Of a stretch of DNA of 64,000 nt, positions 22,301 to 35,824 are shown one piece after another. The stretch is from Selaginella moellendorffii (Eukaryota > Plantae > Lycopodiophyta), in assembly GCF_000143415.4 (NCBI RefSeq), contig NW_003314314.1, forward strand, positions 315,771 to 379,770. Reading direction: 5' to 3'. The position numbers and the translations under genes were made by a program. Below the pieces are notes generated by a model, which saw nothing but the letters and a program-made list of their open reading frames with translations, was not told where the DNA came from and did no database searches. How positions within the stretch are numbered: the first letter of the stretch is position 1; the number at the start of each line of letters is the position of its first letter.

Positions 22301-25300
22301 ACAAAAGCTTTATATCATTTGAATATCAAAGAGATGACTGAACTCAAAAAGCAACTCACAAAGCTTCTTAACAAAAGTCATATTTGACCAAGCAAATCAC
22401 CTTATGGAGTGTTAGTCCTTTTTGTTATGAAAAAGGATGGAATCATGAGAATGTGTATTGACTATCAGGCACTCAACAAGATGACGGTCAAAAACAATTA
22501 TCCTTTGCCTCGCATTGATGACTTATTTAACCAACTCTTAAAAGCTAAGTATTTTACATGACTTGATTTGTAGTTTGGGTATTATGAGATACGGGTGGCA
22601 GATCAAGATGTGGAGAAGACAGCCTTTAAGACTCATTATGGATCTTATGAGTTCCTTGTTATGCCATTTGAGTTACACAATTCTCTAGCAACGTTCAACA
22701 CTATGATGGATAGAATATTCGGAGTTGTTGTCTTATATATCAATGATGTTTTAGTCTTCAATGAAACATTAGAGGACCATTTGAAACACTTGGAGTTGGT
22801 GTTTCAAAAATTGCATGAACACAAATTATATACTAAGGAAAGTAAATATGCTTTTGGACAATTGCGCATGAACTTTCTTGAATATGTAGTTGGTGGTGGT
22901 GTAATTGAGGTGGATCCAAAGAAGGTGAAAGCAATGAAGTCTTGGGAAGTTCCAACCATTGTATCAGATGTTCATTTCTTTCTTGGTTTAGCGGGATATT
23001 ATTGCAAGTTTGTGCGCAATTTTGCAAGAATTGCTTTTCCGTTGTTGAGTTAACAAAAAGTAGTATACCATTTCATTGGACACTGACTTGTCACCGTACT
23101 TTTGTACGGTTGAAGGAAATTTTGACTATGGTTCCTATTCTCAGGATCCCAGATCTTGATAAACCTTTCAAAATGCATTGTGATGCATCTGGCTATGCTA
23201 TTGGTGCCGTGTTGTAACAAGATTGTGGCAAAGTGGTTGGTGTTAAGCTAAAGCGACATGGTTGTCCTATTGCATTCTATTCCAAGAAATTGGATGAAAC
23301 CCAACAAAGATGGCCAACGCATGAGAAAGAGATGTTTGCTATAATGTCAACATTGGAACACTGGAGACACTATTTGGATGGACATACCAAGGTTTATACA
23401 GATAGTAACACATTGAGTTACTTTGCTACGCAGCCTAAGCTTATGCCAAAGCAGGCTTATTGGCAAAAGAAGCTTGCTAGATTTGATATTATATTAACCT
23501 ATTAAGGATAATATTGTTTCGGATGCGTTGAGTCATTAGGCTCAGTTCCGGGCAATGTCAGCAATCAGTTCATATTGGTTGGAGGACGTTCAGGCTTCAT
23601 ATAGTAGTGATCCATTGGCGAAAGCAATTTTGCACCGTGTGGAGTTGTCGAAGTAGAACCTTGGTAGCGAAGCAGCGAAAGTTGCCAGTCAAACCAATTC
23701 GAAGCTTCACTTCTCAATTCAGGATGGGCTTATATTCTATAAGCAAGAAATATTGTATCTTCCTTCTAAGGATCTGCAGTAATTGTTTCTACGGGAACAT
23801 CATGATGTTCTGGCAGCAGGACATGGTGGAAAATGCAAGACTCTTGCTTCATTGAAAAAGGGATTTTTCTGGTCTTGTATGGAAGGTGATGTAGTGGATT
23901 ATGTCCATTCGTGCCCTATATGCCAGCAATGTAAGCGCAGAACTAAGAAGCAGACTCGAAAGTTGCAGTGTATTCCAGCACCGGCATGGCTATTTCAGAG
24001 TGTGACACTTGATTTCATCACTTGCTTGCCAAAGTCTAAGGGTTATGATACTTTGATAGTGGTTATGGATCAGTTGTCAAAGATTGCCCACTTCATTCCA
24101 ACTGTGGGAACAGTGAATGCGAAACAAGCAGCAAAGCTCTTTTTCAATGAAGTAGTGTAGGTTCGTGGTCTTCCCGAAGAGATGATCTCTAATAAAGATT
24201 TGAGGTTTACGGGGAAGTTTTTGGGCACACTGTTCTAGCTGTTTGGTACCAAATTGAAATTTAGTACGGCTTATCATCCTCAAACTGATGGGCAGATTGA
24301 ACGTGTGAATGCTCAAGTTGAGGATTATCTGTGTTATTATGTCCCGGCAGATCAATACGACTAGGTTGAGCATTTAGACACAGCAAAAATCTGTTATAAC
24401 AACATATTTCATAGCACTATAGGCTATTTTCCATAGGAGATGCTGCAAGGGAATGCTCGTGGGGTGCCTCAACAGATAGTTGTACCAAAATCAATGTCCA
24501 AAGTGTTGGTCCCGATTGTTGAGACTTATGTAGAGTAATTACACCAAGGTTGGTCTAGAGCTACTGAGGCGATGGGCAAAGCTCAAGATAGGTATTAACA
24601 TGATAAGGATTAGTATCATTGGGATGTATCCTATCAAGTGGGAGATCAGGTGTGGCTCTCTTCCCGGAACTTGAATATTAAGGGATTTTTATCCTGAAAG
24701 CTATTACCACAATATGTTGGGCCCTATTGGGTATTGGCGTGAGTTGGTGATGTATCCTACAAGTTGGACCTTTTGGATGAGTTGTCCCATATACATTATG
24801 TGTTTTATGTCAGTTTACTGGCACCATATCGTGTTGATGCAAATTGCTCTATGGACATTCGTCCCCCTCCAGAAGTTATACATGGTGACCTTGAGTATGA
24901 GGTCAAAGCGATTCTCTTGACCCGCAAAGCTCGTGGTGGTTGTCCAAGAAATATCTAGTTAAGTGGAAAAGTTACCCGACTTGTGAATTAACTTAGGAAC
25001 CTCTTAAGAATCTTACACATGCTCGTGAGCTTGTCACGGAGTATAAGAATCGTAATAAAGACTAGCTTTTGTAAACCTTGTAATAAATCTTACAAATCAA
25101 TAAAATAATATATTTTTATAAGTCAAAGTTCATTTATTTCGTTTGTGAGTACTTGGGTCAGTTTTGGCAGGCTAACTTCGGCACTTCGGTGCATGGGTCC
25201 AATACATAACCATGGGGATAACTATTATAGACTAATCACAAATCCCTGCCTCTCTCTCGATGACTCATTTTTGAAAAGGGCATAATCATGTAAACAACTT

Positions 25301-27135
25301 ATGTTGCCAGTTTATAATAGTTGTCTAAATCTTCCCGACGGGGTTGATTTCTTGCTCATGGAAAGTTTGGCCTTTGGTCTTCTCCCTATGTCCCTACGGG
25401 CAAGGATGTATCATTCCTTTGTAAGTCGAGTGGTACTCGAAGCAGCAAGGGTGGCTAACTATGTTAGTTATTTCCTTGTCGGTGATGGCTGAAGGGTGTC
25501 TGAGTTTTAACATCTTTGGATATAGAGGAGAGGTTATTTTATAACTCATTTAAGTTGGTGTGTTTCACACATAGTGTGCATTCCGTTAACTTTCAGAATT
25601 GTTTCCTTGATGGTTTGTTAGACTTGGGTATTGTAGTGTATGTGATCATGGGATGAGATTTAGATATACTATCACCATAGATCCTTAGAACCTTGAGGAA
25701 TAAATAAGGATAAAATAGCCATTAAGGGCTCTCTCATCAAGTAATTACCCCTTTTCCAGTTAATTTAAGGAGAGAGAGATAGAGTGCACTACATGTGGTA
25801 TCAGAGCAAATGGCACAAGTTTAATTCCCATTGATTAGTGGCTACTTAAAAATATAATATATAATATATACCCTTGAGTAAGGTATATTCCTACCCTTAA
25901 ATTTGAAATCGTATATATTGGGCATCTATGCATACGTCCTTCCTCTTGTGTGGAGTATCCATAAACGAAGGTATCCACCATAGAACTGCGGTACGGGTGG
26001 ATGACTACTAAGTTGCTTCATATGGAATAACTAGTCTACACAATAGAAGGATTGGTAAATTCAGTGTGAAAATGGAGGTGTTAGTTCCCCTTGGCTCAGT
26101 AAGGGTTGTTAGTCAATAGTTAATGAGGACATTGACATCTCTGAAGGGGGGGTGAGTGTAGTGTATATAATCATGGGATGAAATTTGGATATACTATCAC
26201 AGTGGATCTTTAAAACCTTGGGGGATAAATGGGGATAAAATAGCTACTAAAGGCTCTTTTGTCAAGCAATTGCCCCTTTTCCAGGGTGTGCTACAGATAT
26301 GCATCGACGAGTGTCTTCCCTAAGGGGGGGAGAGTGTTGCAAATGTGACTTTGGGTATCGAAAGATATTTATCTGCCAGTCCTTACAAACACTTTTTCCT
26401 TACTACCATGAAGGCAAGAGGTCAGTACAATTGGTTCTCTTTATCATTCCCACTTGAGCTAGTTGAGAAATTGGTCAATGACCTTGCACTTAAATTGGAT
26501 AAACATAAGGTAGGAACCCTATGTGTTTCTTGCTAAGCATACTCGGCCTGGTTTGAGAAACTCATGTCATTAAGAACCCTCGTGATATTAAGATTAGTCC
26601 CTCTATTTGCTAGATGATACCTTACCGTGTTTGCCAAACACCCTCACTTTCATGCCCTTTGTGTTAATCTTATTTCAGTTTCAAATATTATTTATAGAAA
26701 GTGTCTAGTGTCTCTAGGACAAGCTCGAAACTTACTAAATATCTAAATATGGAATGTTCCTACACTAAGGGAGGCTTGCCCAAAGCATGTCTTCCTTATA
26801 AGGGGTGTTATGGGGGTTCCAAATGTATAGTAGGGATAGTGGTTGGAATGCATATCCAACCACCTAAGATATTAGTTTGGCTCTTGTTGGGCTGTGTCGT
26901 TCCTTGTTTTGTGTCTGACTTGGGTCTAAGCCTAAGCTCCACACTGCTCTAATCGGTGGGGTACCCTCCTTCTCGTGTTAGGCCACCAGTATGCCAAAAT
27001 TGTGCCAGACATTGTCTGACACTATTTTGCGTGCAAGTTTTGGATACAGGGAGCTGGTGCTCGTGAGGTTGTACCGGACCTTCATTATGTAGCACAACAG
27101 GCTTAAAGTTCAACTCCAAATTCATGTGTGCTACA
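19353..27135 (+). mobile_element. Full-length but degenerate Ty3/gypsy chromovirus
   Basis: LTRs 19353-20193 and 26335-27135 (TG..CTACA), PPT AAGGGGGGGAGAG before the 3' LTR, TSD ATAGT/ATAAT. Contains gag with FHCGESGHKSSKCP, protease, RT (KTAFKTHYGSYEFLVMPF), RNase H (CDASGYAIGAVL; WPTHEKEMFAI), integrase (HHDVLAAGHGG..CPICQQCK; SVTLDFITCLP) and chromodomain (YEVKAIL..VKWKSY, ~24890-25010). Many stops. Confidence 0.92.
25632..26295 (+). mobile_element. TRIM (non-Cassandra) nested in the chromovirus 3' non-coding region
   Basis: LTRs 25632-25793 and 26157-26295 (TGTAG..CTACA), PBS TGGTATCAGAGC at 25796-25807, PPT GAAGGGGGGGTGAG at 26143-26156, TSD GGTAT/GATAT. Non-coding ~360-bp interior. 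Confidence 0.9.
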
Positions 27136-30100
27136 ATAATGGACACTTTATATTAGTTTGCACTTATTCCAGTTAGAGATGGCAACAAATAAACTTCCAT
27201 ACAATGCCTAGGGTACAAGGAAATTTTTAACGCCTTCTACAAGAGCTCGATTATCAGACTACTCTTTCCAAGGAGGAGGATTCATCATTACTATAGATAT
27301 CAAGTCAGGAAGTCTACCACCCATGGCTCTTCTTGCACAAATCCACATTCTACAATGAGGCACTAACTTGACATATTTATCTAGCAATGGTGACATCTTC
27401 GCCAAGACACACATCACTCATTTTGAGTAATATTGCATGTCAAACAGCATCGTCAAGGATGATCACAAGCTCCGCGACTTTTTGTGATTGTTCACTAGCC
27501 GAGCAGCAACATAGGCAAAGACACTCTTGGAGGTAGACATGGTTGACTACTCCACATTCAAAGCATCTTTTTCACTTTGATCAATAGCAACTAATAAATT
27601 ACTTATGGATTTGTTCACTTTTTAGCAAGGAGCATGCAAATCTGTGCTGGAATATGTGATTTTGTTCAGGATTTACTAGGAGTGTGTCTAGCGCAAGGTC
27701 ATCACAAATAAACCTCATGGCATCACCACATTCATCTTTGGCCTCAAGGGAAATCTCCAATACAAAATGCTCAAGCGAGAGTTTTGGATGTGTCATGAGG
27801 CATTTGTTGTAGTAGAGACTTTGGAGTGGGATCTTCTCCAAGAGCTCAAGATTTCCAGGGTAGAGGAGGTTTTCCTCCCACTTTCAAATGAGAGCTTATA
27901 TGCTACTGTGGTTCATTCTTCTCCAGCCCCGCACAGCGATGATAGAGTTCCCCTAGTGATCGAGAAGGCATTGTTGGAGCTTGCAAGATACAAGGAAATC
28001 ATCTAGCAGCAATGACAAATGCAAGAGAAGCTACTTGAGGAGTTTAGAGCATGCTGCGTATAGTAGATAGAGAGCGAGATGCCCTCCTCATTCTTCGTAC
28101 TACTTGCATTGTGATGTTATGATGCATAGCACAAAGAGATGTTGGAAGCTTCACCCAGAACTTCAACAACCTTCTATCTAGCATGTTCAGCAACAACCTC
28201 TACCAGACAACACATTTCTTCCATGGCCAAAGATAAATACTAACAACAACTAGAGCAAAAAGCAATCAAAGACACCACTTCGTCAAGTTGTGGAAAGACA
28301 CCGATGCACATCAATACAATTTATGTTGCAGAGGACAGTTATAAGGTGGTTGTTGTGACTCGAGGGTGCAAGAATGTTTCTCTTCTAGCCCCAAATATTG
28401 ATGGTGAGCAGGATCTAACTCCAGTTTCCAAAACTTCCTTATCTCTCATGGCATGCAAGTTACCCCATGCTTCGATATTTGCAGCACCACCCACATCCTT
28501 GGTCATAACTTTGAATCCAACAATTGGATATTCATCCAACTTTCAGTGTGGGGTCTCCTAGGTTGCCTTCCACTCTTTCTCATGTCCCACAAAAGGTTCT
28601 TTCTTAGATTGTTGACACTCCAGTCCAGATCACACTTGGTGAGCTTTTGAAATGTGTACCCGGTTTTACTCTTTAGCTGGAGGCTTTTGCCAAGTCCACA
28701 GGCATCCCTATGGAACCTCAGCATGACATGCACATCATCAACACTCAAACCACTCATGATCTTGAAGCATTCTTTGTGGAGGTTTAAATTGGCGATAGAT
28801 CTTTGACAGCAAAAGCATTACTTGATTCTAGATCCTAGAGCAACATCATCTCCCTCAACTTGGCACTTTCCAGTGGCTTAGAAGTGGTGAGAAATACAAC
28901 TTTCATCCTCAAAATGTTTGCCAATCACTCAGTGGTCCCTACAAACCTCTGTCGTAATGTCAAGATTTTGGTGCAAGGAGTGGTTTCCATGCTAGATTTC
29001 CTTGTTGTGGACTTCCAACAGCTAGGATCTAGGAAGCTGAAGGACTCCATCATCTTAGGACGGCCGTGGCACCTCACTGCCACTTGCACAACAACTTGGG
29101 CCAAGGGAGGATCAATGATTAGCGATGGCATCCATGCAGCAATTCTTCTCAATGCCCATGGTCATTCTCTACTTCCATCCCTTCAACTCATTAGGAGTCA
29201 CTAGGGACCCCTAATGAGGATCTACTAACCACTTTCTTCTAGACAAATAGCCACGTCCAGTTGCCTCCAGCAAATGCCTTGGAGTGGTATCTGCTGCAGC
29301 CATGGATTTTTTGACTTGCTTCCATAGTGTGGAGCTTACATCTTGAGCCTATATCCACCCCCAAGTTGTAATAACTCTACCTTTATAGAAAATTCCTCAA
29401 GATGCATATACTTTACCATACAACCTTAGAAGCTTGCCGGCCAATGTGCTCACACCTTCTCAAAATGCAACTTTTGATCCTGGAATTCTTCACTATCTTC
29501 CTCAGAGTCCTCTACATGATCTCAGCATTAAGACAAAGCCTTTTCAAGTGGTACATAGTAGTTTTGGAGCTGTCAACAAAATAAGGTCACATGGCATCAA
29601 CAACACTTTGGAGAGCACAACTTCTTCACTCTCTTTGAATACACTTTTGACTTTCTAGCTTAGTGACTACACTCTTGGTGGCACTTTTTACCCTAAAGCT
29701 GCAATCAAGCCTTGTTGCTCACTTGGGATATGACCATGACATAAAGGTGGTGGGCATTTTCCAGTAGCATCTCGACTTTTCCTTTGAGTTTCTCCCAACT
29801 AGGCACCTCGTCTCAACTCTTCCCAAACTTAGGTTCATGGCTGGATCCTAACTTCATCCTACTACAACACTCGAAGCATTTTCCAACACTGTCGACACTT
29901 CACCTGGCTACCAGATCTTTATCAGCAACACATGATGACTTCCACAAGTCTTTGGGGACACTTTCTACCATCCTCAGAAGGCTCCCATCCTTCCAAGCAG
30001 TTCTAGCATCCTAGATTCTCTTACAGTAACATTATTCACCACCTCGGTATGGTCAATGCAATGCAGCACTTGAGGGTGACTCAGCTAGTTTCAATGGCAT

Positions 30101-31459
30101 TCCAAGCCTTCTATAGGATGCCTTGCATCCTCCTGGAGTGCTTCCATCATCATCATCCATCACAGAAGCTATTTGCACTACTCTCTCTTTTGGTAGTGAG
30201 ATCTTTCCATCTTCACTCATTTTTTAACTTTTTTTGCTTTTTCTTTTTTATCTTTTTGCTCTCACTCTTCTTACATCTTTCTTCAATCTAGGGAATCACA
30301 TGGAAAAAGTCTCTTTCCATGATGAACACGGTCTAGATACATTACTGATTATATGAAGATTTCTCTACTCTTGCTAGTTTGTGCTTCATTTCTTTCCCTA
30401 CATCAGTTCCATCCTCACATTTTTATCACCATTCTATATCATCCATACTCTAGAATTCCCTACCACACACTCACACCATCATTGCCCAACTCTCACTACA
30501 CATACCCAATAATATTTTTCATATTTTCCACCATTCATCATCCATTCATACTAGACATTTGGGGACAACAATTCATCATAGAGGATCTTCCAGACAAGAA
30601 GCAACATAAATCAAGATATTCTCATGCACAACATGTGAGATATTCAATGGACAAGTCACATACCATGACTTTCTTCTTTTTGGAGCTGATTTCTTCTTCT
30701 AGTAGGAGAGCCCAATTGTAGAGGGCATCCAGCTGCTTTCAGAGGTGTGGCCAACAAAAACAATACCCTTTTCTTCCAGCTCAAATCACAAGTGAAGCAG
30801 TTTGCCACTTTTTGAGTGGCAATCCAAACAATTTTTGGTGTGAGCAATAGTTATGACTTCACAATTCACTATATCAGATTAGAGCCCATCTTTGGACACA
30901 CTCAATCATATAATCTATCTACCAAAATCCCCTATCATCACTCTCTTCCATTATAGTTCATCTCCTATTTCACAATTAAGCAATACAGCCTCTATGCTTT
31001 CTTCTTAATTCTTAGCCAAAGTTTTGAGCACAAATTACATGAGCTTGAAGTTGTATTAGCATATTCACTTTCCAGAGTGTGGGAACTAGGTTTGAGCTTG
31101 TTTCCATTTGGTTTTCTTGCTCTTTTCTCCTTATTTTTTCCTCTTCTCCTACTTTTTTGAGTATCTAATTCAACTATATAATTTCCCATTGGATTTCCCT
31201 GTGTCTCTTCACTTTAAACTCTTTTCCCATCTTGTACTTTCATCTTTATTCAATTTTTTATTTTCATCTCTTGTTTTCTTTTTCATTTCTCTTTGTTTCA
31301 ACAATTACCCTCTCTAGACACTATATTCTAGCATATAGGAGCATCTCAGCCGTGGGTTCTTGCACATTGGAGTCTTATGCACCCACCAATGGTTGCCTGT
31401 TGTGGCACTAGCTCATTGCCACTTTCTCCTCGTATCACATGTTATAGCTAAAGAAACAA

Positions 31460-31547
31460 TTCTTACTCCCACTCTTACTCCTACTCTTACTCTTATTCCT
31501 ACTCCTACTACTACTTCTACTCCCACTCCTACTACTCCTACTCCTCA
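31460..31547. repeat. Degenerate 6-mer tandem repeat (ctactc/cttact)
   Basis: Directly visible. It gives a spurious PT-rich ORF. Confidence 0.8.
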
Positions 31548-32089
31548 ATTGTAGCTATAGGTGTCTTAAGAGAGAGGGAGATGATATTTTGATTCTGAAA
31601 ATATTCCAAATGATTGTATAAAAACCACGTGAGGGTGAAATATCAAGGGTTTTCCCCATTTTCTCTCAATTGAGTTTGGATCTATAGCTTTATGAGTTTG
31701 TGTATGAGGGATAAATCCATAGTTGGGGCTAAAAGATGCCCCAACAGATACTCTTCTCACCTTCTACTTTTGGGTGCCCTAGCCATTTGGCTAGAGTGAA
31801 GTTTTAATGAACCATACTAAGTATCCAAGTAGGTAGTGTCAACCACATTTAAATTAGGAGTATGATCTCTCGGAGGAGCTAGAGTTTGGCTCTTGAACAC
31901 TTCACCAAGTTACCCCACTTATCTATCTATATTCACTTTCACCTTGGACTCCTTAATGGTTATATTATCATCCATCACATGGGGTATAACCTTCATTAGC
32001 CACACTAGCTTTACTAGCCAAATTGGTTCCATTAAAGTCTTCCCTCTATTATCCTTTTGGAACTCATTAAACTCCTTAGGGTTTGGGAG

Positions 32090-32350
32090 ACTCTTAGATT
32101 CGGACTTAAACTCAAATTAGGTCTCGAACTTGGTCTTGGACTCAATCTAGGTCTTGGCCTCAGTCTTGGTCTCAATCCTGATCCTCGTCTCGGGCTCCAT
32201 CTTGGGCTCCATCTTGAACTCCATCTCAAACTCCTTCTTTGACTCCATTTCAGACTCCATCTTGGGCCCATCTTATACTCTATTTCAAACTCTATCTTAG
32301 GTCCATCTTTAACTCTTTCTCAGACTCCATCTCATGTCTATCTTGGACTT
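32090..32350. repeat. Degenerate 12-mer tandem repeat (ctccatcttggg-like)
   Basis: Directly visible. Similar degenerate repeats occur at 55255-55290 and 56000-56065. Confidence 0.75.
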
Positions 32351-32744
32351 CAATTGGATCGGACCTGGTGGTAATTTTCTAAGAGTTCTCATATTGCAAA
32401 GAATGGAGTATAGAGCAAACAGTGTACAGCAAAGAAAAAGCAACATGGTGGAAAAAATCAGGGTCTAAGGCAAAGTCAAGGAAATTATCACTAGAGTGAT
32501 GGTTTACAAAAAGTAATGATGCAGAGATTCAACTTGAAGAACTTGAGCGAAGCAAGGAAAGTCTATAAAGGAACAGGCAGGACTTGACTCTTGGAAAGTG
32601 ATGCTCGAGATTTATGGGACTTCCACGTTTGAGATTTGATCAGATCAGTGACTTTCTTTTGGCCAAGGAATGGGGATATTAATGAGTGTTCCAGTGTATA
32701 GGATGGGATCTAGGCTTACATGAAAAACTTGCTTTTGGAAAGAG

Positions 32745-32974
32745 CGATGGAAATGTTTAGAGAGATGCCATCACCAGATACTGTCTGAACGCAATGATCT
32801 CGGGTCCTTTGATCGCATGCCTTTCCCCCACTGTGGCAAAGGTGGCAATCACGGTTGGTAAGAGGTTCCACCTCTCAGTCTCCAGTGTTGGCTCTATGCT
32901 TGCAGATCCAAGACGTGAGCAAACACAGCTACACAAAAAACAAGAAGAACAGCGAGCAAACGTACCTCGAGGCT
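32745..32974 (+). repeat. ~230-bp direct repeat, copy 1 (starts with a PPR-like fragment)
   Basis: Near-collinear match to 37310-37533. Begins MEMFREMPSPDTV. Confidence 0.85.
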
Positions 32975-33283
32975 TCACTTTCCCGGATGGAACTAACTTT
33001 TTTTTCTCCAACGTGAACACATGGAACCCAAAGTACGCACGGACAAGTCATGCTTAGACACCACGTAAAACATCGTGAAAAGAAAAACACTCCAAGGAGA
33101 TTTTTACTTAGATTGTTGTGTGGGAGAACAGCATGCTATGTGGTGTGATAAGAGGTCATATCGATTTTGTCACTTTCACCACCTTAGCATGACATCACAC
33201 AACACAAATTCAACCCAACGACAATGAGCCCATGGGACTCGAACCTGGGACCTCCTAATCGCATCTCGGGAAGATTCCATTAT

Positions 33284-33309
33284 TCTCTCTCTCTCTCTCT
33301 CTCTCTCTC
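33284..33309. repeat. (CT)n microsatellite
   Basis: Directly visible. Confidence 0.9.
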
Positions 33310-33967
33310 ATTCTCTCCTTGGCTCTCTCGAGCACATCGTCACTGGCGGAGGCGGCGCTACAAACATTGATCGGTTCTTCAAAGTCCAGGCTCTGCCGCT
33401 AGGCGTTGGCAGAGTTCTTCACGTCTCGCCCATCGATCCGGCGCCGATTTATGCCGCGCTCGATCGATCCAGGTTACTGAAAGTGAAGTGCTGCATTTCT
33501 CAGGGATCCTCCTCGATAGCGCTCCTCCATCGTTCCTTCTCCTCGAAATATCGCTCCACATCGATCTCTCCTCCTCCCGCATCGATCTTTCTTCGCGAAA
33601 TATTTCTCTTTTCTCGAAATATTTCTCTCTACTTGTCGATCGATTCCACTCTCCAGCAATTCTCACCATGACGGAGCTCGAGAAATCCATGGCGGACGGG
33701 GAACACCGCACATCGGACACCCTGCTCGTGAGAATCGCCGAGCGGCCCCTTCCTGTCGCGCTATCTTCTTCCTCACTGCTGTCAGAGCATCGGATGACGT
33801 GGCAGCTTTGAGGGGTTCCCGTGGATCAAAATGTCCGATCACAATGGACAGCTTTGACCCCTTCCAATGTCAAACAGCCCACTACCATGTGAACTCGTTC
33901 GCCCTTTAATAAAAAGGTATCGCTTTCTAACGCGGTGATAGTCGAGATTTGGAATCTCTCATCCAAC

Positions 33968-35824
33968 ATGGATTCGTTGCCGGGCATGTCTCCCGCGGCA
34001 CTCTCGCTCGATCGCATCAAGCTCCAGCACCGGAGCCGATGCCCACTTCTGCCCAATCGCTTCAAGATCACCGCCAATGCCAGGAAAGAAGCCAATGCCG
34101 CAAAGTCCTCTAATCCCTCTTTCCCCTCCAAGAAAGGTAGCTCCACCCCGGCCTCGATCATCGATCGCCGCGAGCTCCTGGCGGGAACAATCGCCGGCGG
34201 AGCTTCGCTCGCAGCGTCCCCTAGTGGTCCCGCGCTCGCCGAGCCCGTGGGATCGCCCACCTTCAAGCGCTGCCAGCCCGCCAACATCGCCAACACCAAC
34301 ACCTTCGTGATGTGCTGCCCGCCCAAGCCCAAGCGCGACACCATCGCCTTCAAGCCCGACACCGGCCCCATGCGCACCCGCCGCCCCGCCCATCTCGTGG
34401 ACGAGGACTACATCCACAAGTACAACACGGCCTACGCCAAGATGCGCGCGCTTCCCTCGGATGATCCCCGGAGCTTCCGGCAGCAGGCAAACGTCCACTG
34501 CGTCTACTGCAACTACGGCTACCACCAGGAGGGCGATCCAAAGTCAACGCTCCAGATCCACTTCAACTGGCTCTTCCTGCCGTGGCACCGCTGGTACCTC
34601 TACTACCACGAGAAGATCTTGGGCAGTTTGATCAACGATCCAACCTTTGCGCTGCCGTTTTGGAACTGGGACAACCAGGACGGGGGGAGCTACATCCCCG
34701 AGATGTTTCGGCGCGAGGGCACCCCCATCTTCGACGCCAATCGCAACGAGGCAAACTACGCGCCCGCGCGAGTGGATCTCGGCTACGCGTCCGAAGTCGA
34801 CCCCAAGTCCAAGCCCAACAAGCCCGACGATCAGATCCGCCAGGACAACATCTCCATCATGTACAACAACGTCGCTAAGGTCAACAACCAGGAAGCGTTC
34901 TTCGGTGCTCCCGTAAGGTACGTGTGCATGGCCAGAAAAAGGTGACGGAGCCATGTCTTATGCAGGAAAGGAAACAATAACGGTGGGGATGGATCACTGG
35001 AGAAAACCCCACACACGGCCGTGCACATCTTTGGTGGCAGCCCCAAAAACCCCAATGGCGAGGACCTGGGCAACTTCTACTCGGCCGGGAAGGATCCACT
35101 CTTCTACTCCCACCATGCTAACGTGGACAGGATGTGGGACGTGTGGAGGTCCCTGGGAAACCATGACTTCAGGGACGCCGACTACCTCAACACCGAGTTC
35201 CTCTTCTTCGATGAGAACCAGGACCTCGTTCGCGTCAAGGTGAAAGATGCCATCGACAACAAGACGAAGCTCAAGTACGAGTACGCGTCCATGCCCCAGG
35301 ACAAGGTCTGGATCGACTACAGGCCACTGCCGCTCGCAAAGACGGCCTTCGCGCAGCCCGTTGCTTCGTTGGTTCCTGGAGCTACTGCTATGGCGGCCGA
35401 GTATCCACTCGTGAGATCCTCGTCCCAGAACGCCGAGCCTGTCAAGGTTGGAGCGGGCCCGCTGACGGTCACGGTGGCGCAGCCCAAAGGCAGCGCTTCG
35501 GACGAGCTCCTGGTCCTGGAAGAGATGGTGATTGGGATGCAGAATAACACTAACTTCAACGTGTTCATCAATCTCCCTGAGGCCAACGAGAGCACCACGC
35601 TCTCCTGCGCTGAGTACGTCGGCTCTTTCTACAACATCCCCCACTTCATGCCCGGGATGACCGAGTCAAGCACTCGGACCACCAACGCCAGCTTCTCCAT
35701 CAAGCCCAACGTCGAGATCTTGGGCTTGAAGGACGCGGACAAGCTCGTTGTCACTCTGGTGCCGCGCGGGAAGGACAAGGAGAAAGTCTTCACGTTCAAG
35801 GGTGCCAGAATACAGTACGCTTGA
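33968..35824 (+). CDS. PPO: Polyphenol oxidase (catechol oxidase/tyrosinase family), plastid-lumen targeted. Exons 33968-34917 and 34966-35824 (~602 aa)
   Basis: Transit peptide with twin-Arg DRRELL and an ALA cleavage site. CuA: HCVYC..IHFNWLFLPWHRWYLY. CuB: PHTAVH..DPLFYSHHANVDRMW. C-terminal domain with EYVGSFYNIPH. A 48-nt GT-AG intron restores the frame. Confidence 0.95.

Larger units (their letters stand above)
27136..32400 (+). mobile_element. Highly decayed Ty3/gypsy (non-chromovirus-like) internal region with an aspartic protease remnant
   Basis: 28860-29204 reads ..NVKILVQGVVSMLDFLVVD..IILGRPW, the C-terminal part of a retroviral-type protease. 31780-32100 is an inverted match to 56130-56420. 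Boundaries are approximate. Confidence 0.5.

Noticed and set aside
33826-35644. Several long overlapping ORFs on both strands
   Set aside because: Shadows of the GC3-rich PPO coding sequence.
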